The position numbers and the translations under genes are program-made. A stretch of DNA of 64,000 nt from Bryobacterales bacterium. GTDB lineage: Bacteria; Acidobacteriota; Terriglobia; Bryobacterales; UBA6623. The notes under the pieces were generated by a model, which was not told the DNA's origin, did not search any database, and worked only from the letters and a program-made list of their open reading frames with translations. The stretch lies in assembly GCA_965218555.1 (NCBI GenBank), contig OZ244625.1, positions 4,553,609 through 4,617,608 of the forward strand, given 5' to 3'. This document shows, one piece after another, positions 1-9,398 of the stretch (its first letter is position 1; each line of letters opens with the position of its first letter).

Positions 1-2
1 TA

Positions 3-1013
3 CAGATCTGTGGCTGGCTCGACTGGCATGCACGCTCCCTGTTCGCCAACTACGAAGGAATCGAAAAAGACGGAACCGAACACGCCCGCAGGTTTCAGAA
101 AGTGGTAGTCGGTCCCTGGGTCCACACCGATAAGCCGCAACAAAAATACGGGGTGCTCGATTTTGGTGAACAGTCGGTAATGGATCTCTATGAATTGTGG
201 CTCCGTTGGATGGATCGCTGGCTGAAAGGAATCAAAAACAGCGCTGAGGACATGCCGCCATTGAAGCTATTTGTGATGGGCAAGAACCAGTGGCGGGAAG
301 CCGACAAATGGCCGCTGCCGGATACGCGGTGGACCCCCTATTACTTACATAGCGGGGGTCGGGCCAACTCGTTGTTCGGCGATGGGGAACTGAAAAAGGG
401 AAAGCCTCCGCCGGATCAGCCTCCTGATTCCTATACGTACGATCCGTCCGACCCGGTACCTTCGCTGGGACTGGAGCCCAACGGGCAGATCTATCCACTG
501 GACCACCGGCCGATCGAGCGCAGAGATGATGTGCTGGTCTACACGACAGAGCCACTGGAGGACGCTCTCGAAATCACCGGACCCGTCCAGGCCATCCTCC
601 ACGCGAGCAGTTCGGCGGTGGACACCGATTGGACGGTGAAGCTGTTGGATGCCTATCCGGATGGCAGAGCCATCAACCTGTGCGACGGCATACTGCGCGC
701 CCGCTTTCGGGAACCCCGGGCGATTCGAACGGCTCTGCCCTCACCCGGACAATACGAGAACCCGGTCCTGATGAACCCGGGAGAGGTCTATGAGTTTTTT
801 GTCGAAATCGGGGTGATCAGCCATATGTTCTTGCAGGGGCACCGCATTCGCATCGAAGTGTCCAGTAGTAACTTCCCCAAGTCGAACAGGAACCTCAACA
901 ACGGCGGCAAGTTGGGAATCGATCCTGAGATTGTTGTTGCCAAACAAACGATCTATCACGACGTCGAGCGTGCCTCACACATCCTGCTACCCGTGATCCC
1001 GGCCAGCCCTTGA
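3..1013 (+). CDS. CocE/NonD family hydrolase (peptidase S15 / X-Pro dipeptidyl-peptidase-like), 5'-truncated by the window edge
   Basis: Frame is open from base 3 (ICGWLDW...VVGPWVH). C-terminal domain motifs YTYDPSDPVPS, RDDVLVYTTEPL, VDTDWTVKLLD and RIRIEVSSSNFPK are typical of CocE/NonD. Confidence 0.9.
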   Translation, partial: QICGWLDWHARSLFANYEGIEKDGTEHARRFQKVVVGPWVHTDKPQQKYGVLDFGEQSVMDLYELWLRWMDRWLKGIKNSAEDMPPLKLFVMGKNQWREADKWPLPDTRWTPYYLHSGGRANSLFGDGELKKGKPPPDQPPDSYTYDPSDPVPSLGLEPNGQIYPLDHRPIERRDDVLVYTTEPLEDALEITGPVQAILHASSSAVDTDWTVKLLDAYPDGRAINLCDGILRARFREPRAIRTALPSPGQYENPVLMNPGEVYEFFVEIGVISHMFLQGHRIRIEVSSSNFPKSNRNLNNGGKLGIDPEIVVAKQTIYHDVERASHILLPVIPASP

Positions 1014-1120
1014 GATCCGACTGCGTTCCCGCACTGAGCTGCGAGTGTGACCAAGCGGGCAATCGACGGCGTAAGCTTTGCGCCTCCACGAGACGGCTCT
1101 CACAATGAGAACAAAACGAT

Positions 1121-2206
1121 ATGAAAGACGATCCGCGTAAGAACAGGCCGATTGACCTGCGCAGCGATACGGCAACAGACCCTTCGCCCGCCATGCGTCA
1201 AGCAATGGCTGACGCAGATGTCGGCGAAGACGGGCTGCACGAAGACCCGACCGTCAATCTGCTGGAGGAACGGACTGCGGAGTTGCTGGGCAAAGAGGCC
1301 GCGCTGTTTGTTCCGACGGGAACGATGGGCAACCTTGTCGCGTTGAAGGTTCATACTCAGCCGGGTGAGGAGATGATCCTTGAAGAGCACAGCCACCTTT
1401 ACAACGCCGAGATGGCCGGGTTGTCGGCCGTCTGCGGGTTGTTGGCTCGGCCGATATCCGGGGATCAGGACGGCATGCTGTGCTGGGGCGACATCCGAGA
1501 GAGAATCCGGCCGCGGGTTTACAGCCGTTCACAGACAAGCCTGATTTGCCTGGAAAACACGCACAACCTCCGCGGAGGCACGGTCCTCGACAACAAGCGC
1601 GTGGACGATCTTTGCGCCCTTGCCCATGAACTCGGATTGAAGACTCACTTGGACGGTGCTCGGCTGGCGAACGCGGCGGTGGCCGGCGGGCTTTCCTTGG
1701 CTGCGCTGTCCGTCGGGTTCGACTCGGTGATGATCGACTTCGCGAAGGGATTGGGCGCCCCGGCGGGCGCTGTCGTTGCCGGACCGGCAGCGTGGATCGA
1801 GCGTGCCCGAAGCGTGCGAAAGCTGCTTGGGGGGGCGATCCATCAACCAGGCATTCTGGCCGCCGCCTGCCTCCACGGGCTGGAAGACTTTCCGAAGCGT
1901 TTGAGGGACGATCACCGGAAAGCGAGGAGGCTGGCCGAGGCTCTTTCGGAGATCTCCGGTGTCATGGTGGACCCGCGGCGCGTCGTGACTAATATCGTCA
2001 TTGCCAAGTTGGCGGACGGCTTGAACGGGGCCGCCGCATGTGAGCGTCTGCAGGAAAGGGGAATCCTGGTTCATCTTCTCGAAGACGGACGATTACGATT
2101 TGTCATGCATGGCAGTGTCAGTGATGAGGAGCTCGATTTTGCGATCGATTGCCTGCGGGAGGAGATTCCACGGCTCTTCAGGGACAGCAAACCAACCAGG
2201 TTCTGA
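1121..2206 (+). CDS. ltaE: Low-specificity L-threonine aldolase family PLP enzyme
   Basis: IDLRSDT, EDPTVNLLEE, ALFVPTGTMGN, LENTHN, HLDGARL and the PLP-lysine motif FAKGLGAP. Confidence 0.9.
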   Translation: MKDDPRKNRPIDLRSDTATDPSPAMRQAMADADVGEDGLHEDPTVNLLEERTAELLGKEAALFVPTGTMGNLVALKVHTQPGEEMILEEHSHLYNAEMAGLSAVCGLLARPISGDQDGMLCWGDIRERIRPRVYSRSQTSLICLENTHNLRGGTVLDNKRVDDLCALAHELGLKTHLDGARLANAAVAGGLSLAALSVGFDSVMIDFAKGLGAPAGAVVAGPAAWIERARSVRKLLGGAIHQPGILAAACLHGLEDFPKRLRDDHRKARRLAEALSEISGVMVDPRRVVTNIVIAKLADGLNGAAACERLQERGILVHLLEDGRLRFVMHGSVSDEELDFAIDCLREEIPRLFRDSKPTRF

Positions 2207-3075
2207 CGGATGGCTGACAGGACACCGCCGGTGAGACGATCTGATATCATGCTCGTCCTCGTTGCACTCACGCTTGTTTCACCACCGGCGGTCGGGCAGA
2301 CACGGATCTGAGCCGTCGGCAAGGCCCTCCATGAAGGCCCTTCACAATGATCGCCTGATTCCTAAAGATCAGACGAACGTGCAGCTCGACACCGTTGCCT
2401 TCAAGTACGCGGCGATGGTCTTCGAGGGTATTCGAGCTTACTGGAACAAGAAAGAGGAACGGCTATTCGTGTTCAGACTCGGAGACCATGCACGACGTCT
2501 GGAGAACTCCGTCAGAATCATGCGAATGGATACCCGACTGACGGCCAAAGACTACAGCAGTGCGGTACTGCGGGTCCTCGAGGCGAACGCGATTCGCCAG
2601 GATGCACACATCCGCCAGATGGTGTATGTCGATGGTCCGGGGGAGATGTTTGGAACCGGGCCCGTCAGTCACTCGGTGGTTGCCGTTCCCAAAGGACGGT
2701 GGTTTTCTGAAGACGAGGTCGGTATTCAGGTTTGTGTCAGCTCCTGGCAGCGTATCAGCGACAGTTCGCTGCCACCGAGGGTCAAATGCGCCGCCAATTA
2801 CCAAAACGGCCGATTGGCCCTTCTTCAGGCTCGCGAGGATGGCTATGACGGAGCCATCGTGCTGAACAGCTTAGGGAAAGTCTCCGAGGAGCCCCGGGGA
2901 TGCGTTTTCATGGTCAAGGGTGGCCGAGTCTCTACACCCAAGGTCACCGTGTAAGCGCCGGAGCGAAAATAGACCACAGGGCGGCCGTTTGAGGCCGCTG
3001 GTGGCGGAGCAAAACTAGACCGCCCGCCAGCATTTCATAAAACATTTTTGGGGTGTTTTGTGTGATGCAGGAGGG

Positions 3076-4575
3076 ATGTACTCTGTGGAGCTGTACGCAC
3101 GCGTTCGCCGAGCGGTCTTTGTCGAAGGGGTCAGCGAGAGAGAAGCGGCGCAGCGCTTCGGGCTGGCGCGCGAGACCGTGCGCAAGATGCTGCGCTACGC
3201 CGCGCCGCCGGGCTATCGGCGGCAGAAGCCGATTCGACGCCCGAAGCTCGACGCCTACACGCCGATCATCGACCAGATCCTGGAGACGGACCTAGCGCTG
3301 CCGAAGAAGCAACGGCACACGGCGAAACGTATCTTCGAACGACTCCGAGACGAGCACGACTTCGCGGGCGGCTACACCATCATCAAAGACTACGTGCGGC
3401 TGAAGCGGACCTCGCAGCGCGAGATGTTCGTGCCGCTGACGCATCCGCCGGGGCACGCCCAGGCGGACTTCGGCGAGGCGCAAGTGGAGATCGGCGGGGT
3501 GCTGGCGAAGGCGCACTACTTCGTCATCGATCTACCCCACAGCGACGAGAGTTACGTGCGGGCATTTCCGGCCGAGACGACGGAAGCTTTCTTGGAGGGG
3601 CACGTCGAGGCGTTTCGCTACTGGGGTGGCGTGCCGCGACGGATTCTCTACGACAACACAACGCTGGCGGTGGCGCGGATCCTAGGCGACGGGACGCGGC
3701 AGAAGACGCAGGCGTTCTCGGAGCTGCAGTCGCACTACTTGTTCGCAGAGCGTTTTGGGAGGCCGGGCAAGGGAAACGACAAGGGGAAGGTTGAGAACCT
3801 TGTGAAGGTCGCCCGACGGAGCTTCTTCGTACCGCGGCCCCGGTTCCCCAGTTGGGCAGCGTTGAACGTATGGCTGGAAGAGCAGTGCCGCAAGAGGCGA
3901 GAGCGCCGGCAACGCGGGCATCGAGAGAAGATCGGAGAGCGCTTCGAGCGTGATCGACAAGCGCTGTTAGCGCTGCCGGCAGCGGCGTATGAGGCCTGCG
4001 AGACACGTCCTGGGAGAGTGACGTCGTTGTCGCTGGTGCGCTACCACACCAACGACTACTCGGTGCCGACCAAGTACGGACACCGCCAAGTGCTCATCAA
4101 GGGCTATGTGGACAAAGTCGTCATCTGCGCCGGCAGCGAGGAGATCGCACGGCATCGGCGCAGCTATGGGCGTGAGGGGCTGATCTTTCACCCGCTGCAC
4201 TATCTGGCCCTACTGGAGCGCAAGACCGGAGCACTCGAGCAAGCAGCGCCGCTGGAAGGCTGGCAGTTGCCCGAGGAGTTTGCTGGACTGCGCCGGCTGC
4301 TCGAAGCGCGGCTCGGCAAGGCTGGAGCTCGAGAGTATGTCCAGGTATTGCGTCTGCTCGAGGACGTTCCGCTCGAAGAAGTCCGTGCTGCCGTAGGGGA
4401 CGCCTTACGGCTCGGCGCGATCTCTTTCGATGCCGTCAAGCATCTCGTGCTGTGTCGCATCGAACAGCGCCCACCCCGGCTGGAACTTGAGAATTATCCC
4501 CATCTGCCCACGGCGCGGGTGGCGACGACCGCAGCGGCGGACTATCTGGCGCTGGTGGACGCGGGAGCCGAGTGA
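3076..4575 (+). CDS. istA: IS21-family transposase IstA
   Basis: N-terminal HTH (FGLARETVRKML), QADFGE, ILYDN and KGKVENLV DDE core. Confidence 0.95.
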   Translation: MYSVELYARVRRAVFVEGVSEREAAQRFGLARETVRKMLRYAAPPGYRRQKPIRRPKLDAYTPIIDQILETDLALPKKQRHTAKRIFERLRDEHDFAGGYTIIKDYVRLKRTSQREMFVPLTHPPGHAQADFGEAQVEIGGVLAKAHYFVIDLPHSDESYVRAFPAETTEAFLEGHVEAFRYWGGVPRRILYDNTTLAVARILGDGTRQKTQAFSELQSHYLFAERFGRPGKGNDKGKVENLVKVARRSFFVPRPRFPSWAALNVWLEEQCRKRRERRQRGHREKIGERFERDRQALLALPAAAYEACETRPGRVTSLSLVRYHTNDYSVPTKYGHRQVLIKGYVDKVVICAGSEEIARHRRSYGREGLIFHPLHYLALLERKTGALEQAAPLEGWQLPEEFAGLRRLLEARLGKAGAREYVQVLRLLEDVPLEEVRAAVGDALRLGAISFDAVKHLVLCRIEQRPPRLELENYPHLPTARVATTAAADYLALVDAGAE

Positions 4576-5339
4576 CGGCCAAGCCGAAAGTGCTGCTGGA
4601 AGCGCAGCTGAAGGCGCTGCGGCTGCCGACCTTCCTGCGCGAGTACGACAAAGTGGCGCGGCAATGCGCGGCCGAAGGTCTGGACTGTCCGCGCTATCTG
4701 CTGCGACTCAGTGAGCTGGAGCTGCTCGATCGCGAACAGCGCGCCACCGAGCGCCGCATCAAGACCGCCAAGTTCCCGGTGCTCAAGAGCCTGGAGACCT
4801 TCGAGTTCCGCTCGATTCCGTCGCTGAACAAGAGCTTGGTCCTGGAGCTGGCGCGCTCGGAGTATCTGGATCGCAGAGAGAACGTGCTGGCGCTGGGCAA
4901 CTCCGGTACGGGCAAGACGCACCTTGCCCTGGCGTTGGGGCTGGCCGCTTGTCAGAAAGGCTATCGGGTCCGCTTTGCCACCGCCGCGGCGCTGGTCCAC
5001 GAGTTGCTCGAGGCGCGTGACGACAAACGTCTCCTGCGCTTGCAAAAACAGCTGGCCAAGCAAGACCTGCTGATCGTCGACGAGCTGGGCTACGTCCCCT
5101 TGTCGAAGACGGGCTCGGAGTTACTGTTCGAGATCTTCAGCCAGCGCTACGAGCGGGCCTCGACGCTGGTCACCTCGAACCTACCCTTCAACGAGTGGAC
5201 GGAGATCTTCGGCTCCGAGCGGCTGACCGGCGCTTTGCTGGATCGTCTCACCCACCACGTCCATATCTTGGAGATGAACGCCGAGAGCTACCGTCTCCAG
5301 CAGAGTAAGCGTTCCCGGAAGCGTTCTTCCTCCCCCTGA
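4572..5339 (+). CDS. istB: IS21-family ATP-binding helper IstB
   Basis: Walker A GNSGTGKT, Walker B LLIVDELGY, ALLDRLTHH. GTGA overlap with the istA stop. Confidence 0.95.
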   Translation: MTAKPKVLLEAQLKALRLPTFLREYDKVARQCAAEGLDCPRYLLRLSELELLDREQRATERRIKTAKFPVLKSLETFEFRSIPSLNKSLVLELARSEYLDRRENVLALGNSGTGKTHLALALGLAACQKGYRVRFATAAALVHELLEARDDKRLLRLQKQLAKQDLLIVDELGYVPLSKTGSELLFEIFSQRYERASTLVTSNLPFNEWTEIFGSERLTGALLDRLTHHVHILEMNAESYRLQQSKRSRKRSSSP

Positions 5340-5852
5340 TCCCCCCGCCCAGCCGCCGGCTGTTTCGAGGGGCTTCCACTACGTCCGGGGCCGCCTTAAC
5401 AGGCGTCCCCCGACTTCGCTCCAGCCCCCAAAACAGCCGCTTTCAGAAACGAGTCCTATCCCCGAGATGGTCTACTTTTACTCCGCCCCAGTGGCCTAAT
5501 TTTGCTCCGCCCTTGACATCACCAATGACATCCTCGAAAGTATCACCCGTGACACCCTGATGGTGCTGTTTCGGAACGAGCAAGGCGTCGACGTTGTAGA
5601 GCGGGACATTGATCGGACAGAGCTGTATCTCGCCGACGAGCTGTTCATTTGCGGCAGCGGCCTGGAGGTCACTCCCGTTCTCTCCATCGACAGGCATCAG
5701 ATCAGCAGCGGAAAACCCGGGGAAATGACCAGCGCCATTCGCGAATCCTATCTCAAGGTGGTGCACGGGGAACTGCCACAGTACCGCCACTGGCTGAGCA
5801 AGTATTAGCTGCCTTTGTCGCCTGTGGCGAAGCGGAGTGAATGCGGCGGCCG

Positions 5853-7952
5853 TCAGACCGCCGCTGTTACCAGCAGATTGCCGTAGCGGTCGACCTGGGT
5901 CCGAAAGCCGGGATGGATCAATGAGGTGGAATCGATCTCCTCGACAATCGCCGGGCCTGGGAAGGTGTGGCCGGGGCACAACCGATAGCGGTCAAAGACT
6001 GCTGTTTGTTGCATGTCCTGGGTTTCGGCGAAGAAAACCGGCCGTACCTCACGCCGGGCATCTTTCAGGTCGATGGAGCGGCTCGGGAGTTCACGGAGTT
6101 TCGGACGAGTGAGCCGCCCGGTCGCGGTCACCCTAAAGTTGACAAACTCGACGCTCTCTGCGGGATAGCCATGCCCATAAGCACGTTCATGTTCCTGGTG
6201 GAAGCTTGCGATGACGGCGTCAACCGTGCTCCGGCTCAACGTTCCGTCCGGCCAGGGAATCGGGATCTCATGAGACTGACCTACATATCGCGCTTCGACC
6301 TCTCGCTGGAAGTGCATCTTCTCGGGGGGGATGCCTTCTCGGGCTAAGGTGCACTTCCCTGCGTCCTCCAGCGCCGTAAAAGCACGGGTGATTTCTTCCA
6401 GATTGAGGTTGTCGGGCGTGATGAGCGAGGTGTGTGAGTAGACATGCTTGAGATCGCTGACCAGCAGGCCCAGCGCCGAGGTTGTGCCCGGACTGGGGGG
6501 TATCACCAACAGTGGGATTTTCATCTCCGCCAGCAGGCGATTGGCATGCAGCGGCGCGGCGCCGCCGAACGCCACCATCGCAAGCTCACGCGGGTCGTAA
6601 CCGCGGCGCACGGAAACCAGCCGCAGCGCATTGATCATGGCGGCGTTCGCGATTTCCACGACGCCATTGGCCGTCGCCATCGCGTCCAGGCCCAAGGGCT
6701 TGCCACAACTCTCCAGCGCCGTCTGGGCTGCGGCCGCGTCCAGTTCCATCTCGCCGCCGAGGAAGTAACGAGGGTTGATGCGCCCCAGAACCAAGTTGGC
6801 GTCGGTGATGGTGGGTTGCTTTCCGCCCTGACCGTAGCAGATCGGGCCCGGGTCAGCACCGGCGCTGCGCGGTCCGACCCGCAGAATGCCACCCGAGTCG
6901 ACCCAGGCGATGCTGCCGCCTCCGGCGCCGATCTCGACCAGATCAATAACCGGGATGCGAATCGGGTAACCGCTTCCCCGCGACTGCCCAACTCCGGGGA
7001 GTGCCTCGCTGCCTACTTCATACTCCTTGGTGACTTTCGGTTGCCCATCGAGAATGAGTCCCGTCTTGGTGGTGGTTCCGCCCATGTCGAGTGAGATCAA
7101 GTCCTGTCGTCCCAGGGCATGGGCGACAAAGTTCGCCGCGATGACTCCCGCCGCAGGCCCGGATTCAACCATGTAGACTGGTTTCTCAGCGGCCGTATCG
7201 AAGCTCAGCACACCGCCGTTGGATTGCATCACCAAGAGTTCCGCCTGCATCCGACGGCCCGTCAGTTCGCTTGCGATACCTTTGAGATAGGAGGCGACGA
7301 CCGGGCGCAAGCAAGCGTTCACGACGGTTGTGCTGGCCCGAAAATACTCGCGGAACTCGGGCAGAACGTCTGACGAGAGCGAGACGACAAGCCCGGGGGT
7401 GTGCATCTGCAAAATATCCCGGACGCGTCGTTCATGAGTGGGATTGAGATAGGAGTGGAGTAAGCAGACGGCAACCGACCTGACATCTTCTTTTTCGAGT
7501 TGCTTGGCGATCTCGACCACCGAGGCGTCATCGAGCGGGAGCAGCACATGACCGTCGGCATCAAGTCTTTCCCGCACTTCATAGGCCAGGTTGCGGGGCA
7601 CTAGAGGCCGCGGCTTCATGAAGTGCACGTCGTAGAGCGAGGGTCTGACCTGGCGAGCGATTTCGAGCATGTCACCGAAGCCGGCGGTGGTGACAAAAGC
7701 GGTCTTGGGCGTTTTGGCTTCGATGAGCGCGTTGGTGGCCACGGTAGTGCCGTGCACTAGGTAGGCAATGCTTTTCGGATCGATGTTGGTTTTTTCCACA
7801 ACGCGAGCGAGGGCTCTGATAAAGCCGACGGAGGGGTCTTCGGGAGTCGAGGGCACCTTGGCAATGTGCAGTTCGCCGGTCTGTTCAGAAAGCAAGACGG
7901 CGTCGGTGAAGGTTCCGCCGACATCGATGCCCAAGCGATAGGAGTCAGGCAT
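5853..7952 (-). CDS. Hydantoinase/oxoprolinase family protein (N-methylhydantoinase A-like subunit)
   Basis: GIDVGGTFTD, HGTTVATNAL, ESGPAAG, DMGGTTT, SAGADPGPICY and FGGAAPLH. Start placed at MPDSYRLG rather than at the longer ORF-track start. Confidence 0.92.
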   Translation of the reverse strand: MPDSYRLGIDVGGTFTDAVLLSEQTGELHIAKVPSTPEDPSVGFIRALARVVEKTNIDPKSIAYLVHGTTVATNALIEAKTPKTAFVTTAGFGDMLEIARQVRPSLYDVHFMKPRPLVPRNLAYEVRERLDADGHVLLPLDDASVVEIAKQLEKEDVRSVAVCLLHSYLNPTHERRVRDILQMHTPGLVVSLSSDVLPEFREYFRASTTVVNACLRPVVASYLKGIASELTGRRMQAELLVMQSNGGVLSFDTAAEKPVYMVESGPAAGVIAANFVAHALGRQDLISLDMGGTTTKTGLILDGQPKVTKEYEVGSEALPGVGQSRGSGYPIRIPVIDLVEIGAGGGSIAWVDSGGILRVGPRSAGADPGPICYGQGGKQPTITDANLVLGRINPRYFLGGEMELDAAAAQTALESCGKPLGLDAMATANGVVEIANAAMINALRLVSVRRGYDPRELAMVAFGGAAPLHANRLLAEMKIPLLVIPPSPGTTSALGLLVSDLKHVYSHTSLITPDNLNLEEITRAFTALEDAGKCTLAREGIPPEKMHFQREVEARYVGQSHEIPIPWPDGTLSRSTVDAVIASFHQEHERAYGHGYPAESVEFVNFRVTATGRLTRPKLRELPSRSIDLKDARREVRPVFFAETQDMQQTAVFDRYRLCPGHTFPGPAIVEEIDSTSLIHPGFRTQVDRYGNLLVTAAV

Positions 7953-8373
7953 CGTCCGATGCCCTCCGCCGCCGCTCGCGGTATAGGTTGGCGGTCTCTC
8001 GCGAATCGAAGCCGCGCAAACGTGCATCGATCGCCACACCATAACGCTCCCTGCCGCGGGCCACGCTGACCTTGAGCTCTCGTACATCGCCGAGCGCAAG
8101 CTCGGGACCTCGTTCCCAGGTAGGGCAGTAGCCGCCGAAAGTCTCCATGCGTAGCTGAACCGCTTGTCGAAGTGTGTCTGCCCACTTATCGGAGAGGAAA
8201 CACAGGTCGATGAGGGCGACCGACAAGGGGCCGTCGTTGAGGACGAGCGCGGTGGCCCGCAGATCCATATCGAGTCCGGCGGCGCGAACGTGCTTCTGGG
8301 CCATCCAGGTCCCGGCGGGGATATGCGCGGGAGGATTGATCAGCGTGCGCCCGAAGCCTGCGTGGAGTGCCAT
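7945..8373 (-). pseudogene. Probable truncated neutral/alkaline ceramidase-like hydrolase (N-terminal fragment only)
   Basis: LHAGFGRTLINPP...DLRATALVLNDG..SVALIDL resembles the family N-terminus. Similarity stops after about 70 aa and the (S)HTHSGP motif is missing in frame. Its stop overlaps the hydantoinase start (ATGCCTGA). Confidence 0.5.
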
Positions 8374-8480
8374 GTCGTTCTGTTCGGGCTCGTCACACGC
8401 GCGCAGTGTACAATGTCTCGTGCGCTGCGGCAACCCGGCGCGTGCGGAGCAGAGACAATCGAAGCGCTACGGAGTCAACG

Positions 8481-9395
8481 ATGACGGCTTGTGAAAGGCG
8501 ATTGCTCGCTGCTGTTTTTATTGCGCCCGCACTGTTGGCAGCCGACGTCCCCGTGCTGCGCACCGAATCCAGCCAGTGGGTGACGATCTTGCACCGCGGG
8601 CTGGCGGCGAGCTGGAGGATGCAATTCCCCGAGGCGGTCGGGACTGCGGACTCCTTCCACCTAGTCTGGCACCCGATCCCGGTGCACTGGCGGACTCACC
8701 CCGATGGGGCGATTTCTTATGACTGGCAGGCCTCCGGTGAGTGGATTCGCGAGGCCACGGAGAAAGTGGATCTACGGGGCTATGCGCTCAAGACGGGTAT
8801 CGGTCTCACGGCCCGGATGAGGGCCTCGACCGACAGGATCGATCTGTCGCTAAGGTTGGAGAACCTCAGCGACGCGCCGCTGCGGCAGTTGTGGTGCGAC
8901 GGCGGCGACTTGCAGCATCAGACCGAGCGTTTCATCGACCGCGACGCATCCCGCACCTTCATCCGCACGGCCGGAGGGCTGGTGCGGTTGTCGGAGACTG
9001 ATCGAACCCAGCGCATCCGGGCGCTGTACGTGTTTGATCCGCTGTGGTACCAAGCGCGGCGAGTGCGGACATGGGAATACTTTTGGGGCCGCAGCGACAC
9101 GCGGCCGCTGGCGACGCTGGTTGCTGCCGAGGCGGCCGAGGGCAGCGGTGCGGTCGGCATCGGCTATGAGCATGCCATCGGACTGATGCAGAACTCCGAC
9201 AGCCATCACTGCATGCACTCGCTGCCGTTTTTCGGGGACTTGGCGCCGGGTGAGGCGCGGGTGCGCCGGGGTGTGATTCTTTTCGGATCGAACGTTGCGG
9301 AACTGTTCCAACGATTTGCGAAGCTGGGCTATCGGCCCGACCTCACCCCACCCGAGCCGGCGGCAGCTTCGCAGCGGCCGGCGGAAAGGAAGTGA
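8481..9395 (+). CDS. Secreted hypothetical protein (about 304 aa)
   Basis: Signal-peptide-like N-terminus (RRLLAAVFIAPALLAA). High-GC coding pattern. Ends 3 nt before the next gene. Confidence 0.75.
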   Translation: MTACERRLLAAVFIAPALLAADVPVLRTESSQWVTILHRGLAASWRMQFPEAVGTADSFHLVWHPIPVHWRTHPDGAISYDWQASGEWIREATEKVDLRGYALKTGIGLTARMRASTDRIDLSLRLENLSDAPLRQLWCDGGDLQHQTERFIDRDASRTFIRTAGGLVRLSETDRTQRIRALYVFDPLWYQARRVRTWEYFWGRSDTRPLATLVAAEAAEGSGAVGIGYEHAIGLMQNSDSHHCMHSLPFFGDLAPGEARVRRGVILFGSNVAELFQRFAKLGYRPDLTPPEPAAASQRPAERK

Positions 9396-9398
9396 GCA

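Larger units (their letters stand above)
2950..5518 (+). mobile_element. IS21-family insertion sequence (about 2.57 kb)
   Basis: TGT...ACA ends. IRL tgtaagcgccggagcgaaaatagaccac matches the reverse complement of IRR, tgtcaagggcggagcaaaattaggccac. The internal ggagc/tAAAA-tagacc motif is repeated at each end. Carries istA-istB and is flanked by TCACC (2944-2948, 5519-5523). Confidence 0.95.
2331..5808 (+). pseudogene. ilvE: Branched-chain amino-acid aminotransferase (class IV PLP) split by an IS21: 5' part 2331-2949, 3' part 5519-5808
   Basis: 5' part has VFEGIRAYW and RVKCAANYQNGRLA. 3' part reads T-NDILESITRDTL...ADELFICGS..EVTPV. Removing the IS and one target copy gives an in-frame STPKVTNDILESITR. 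Confidence 0.9.
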
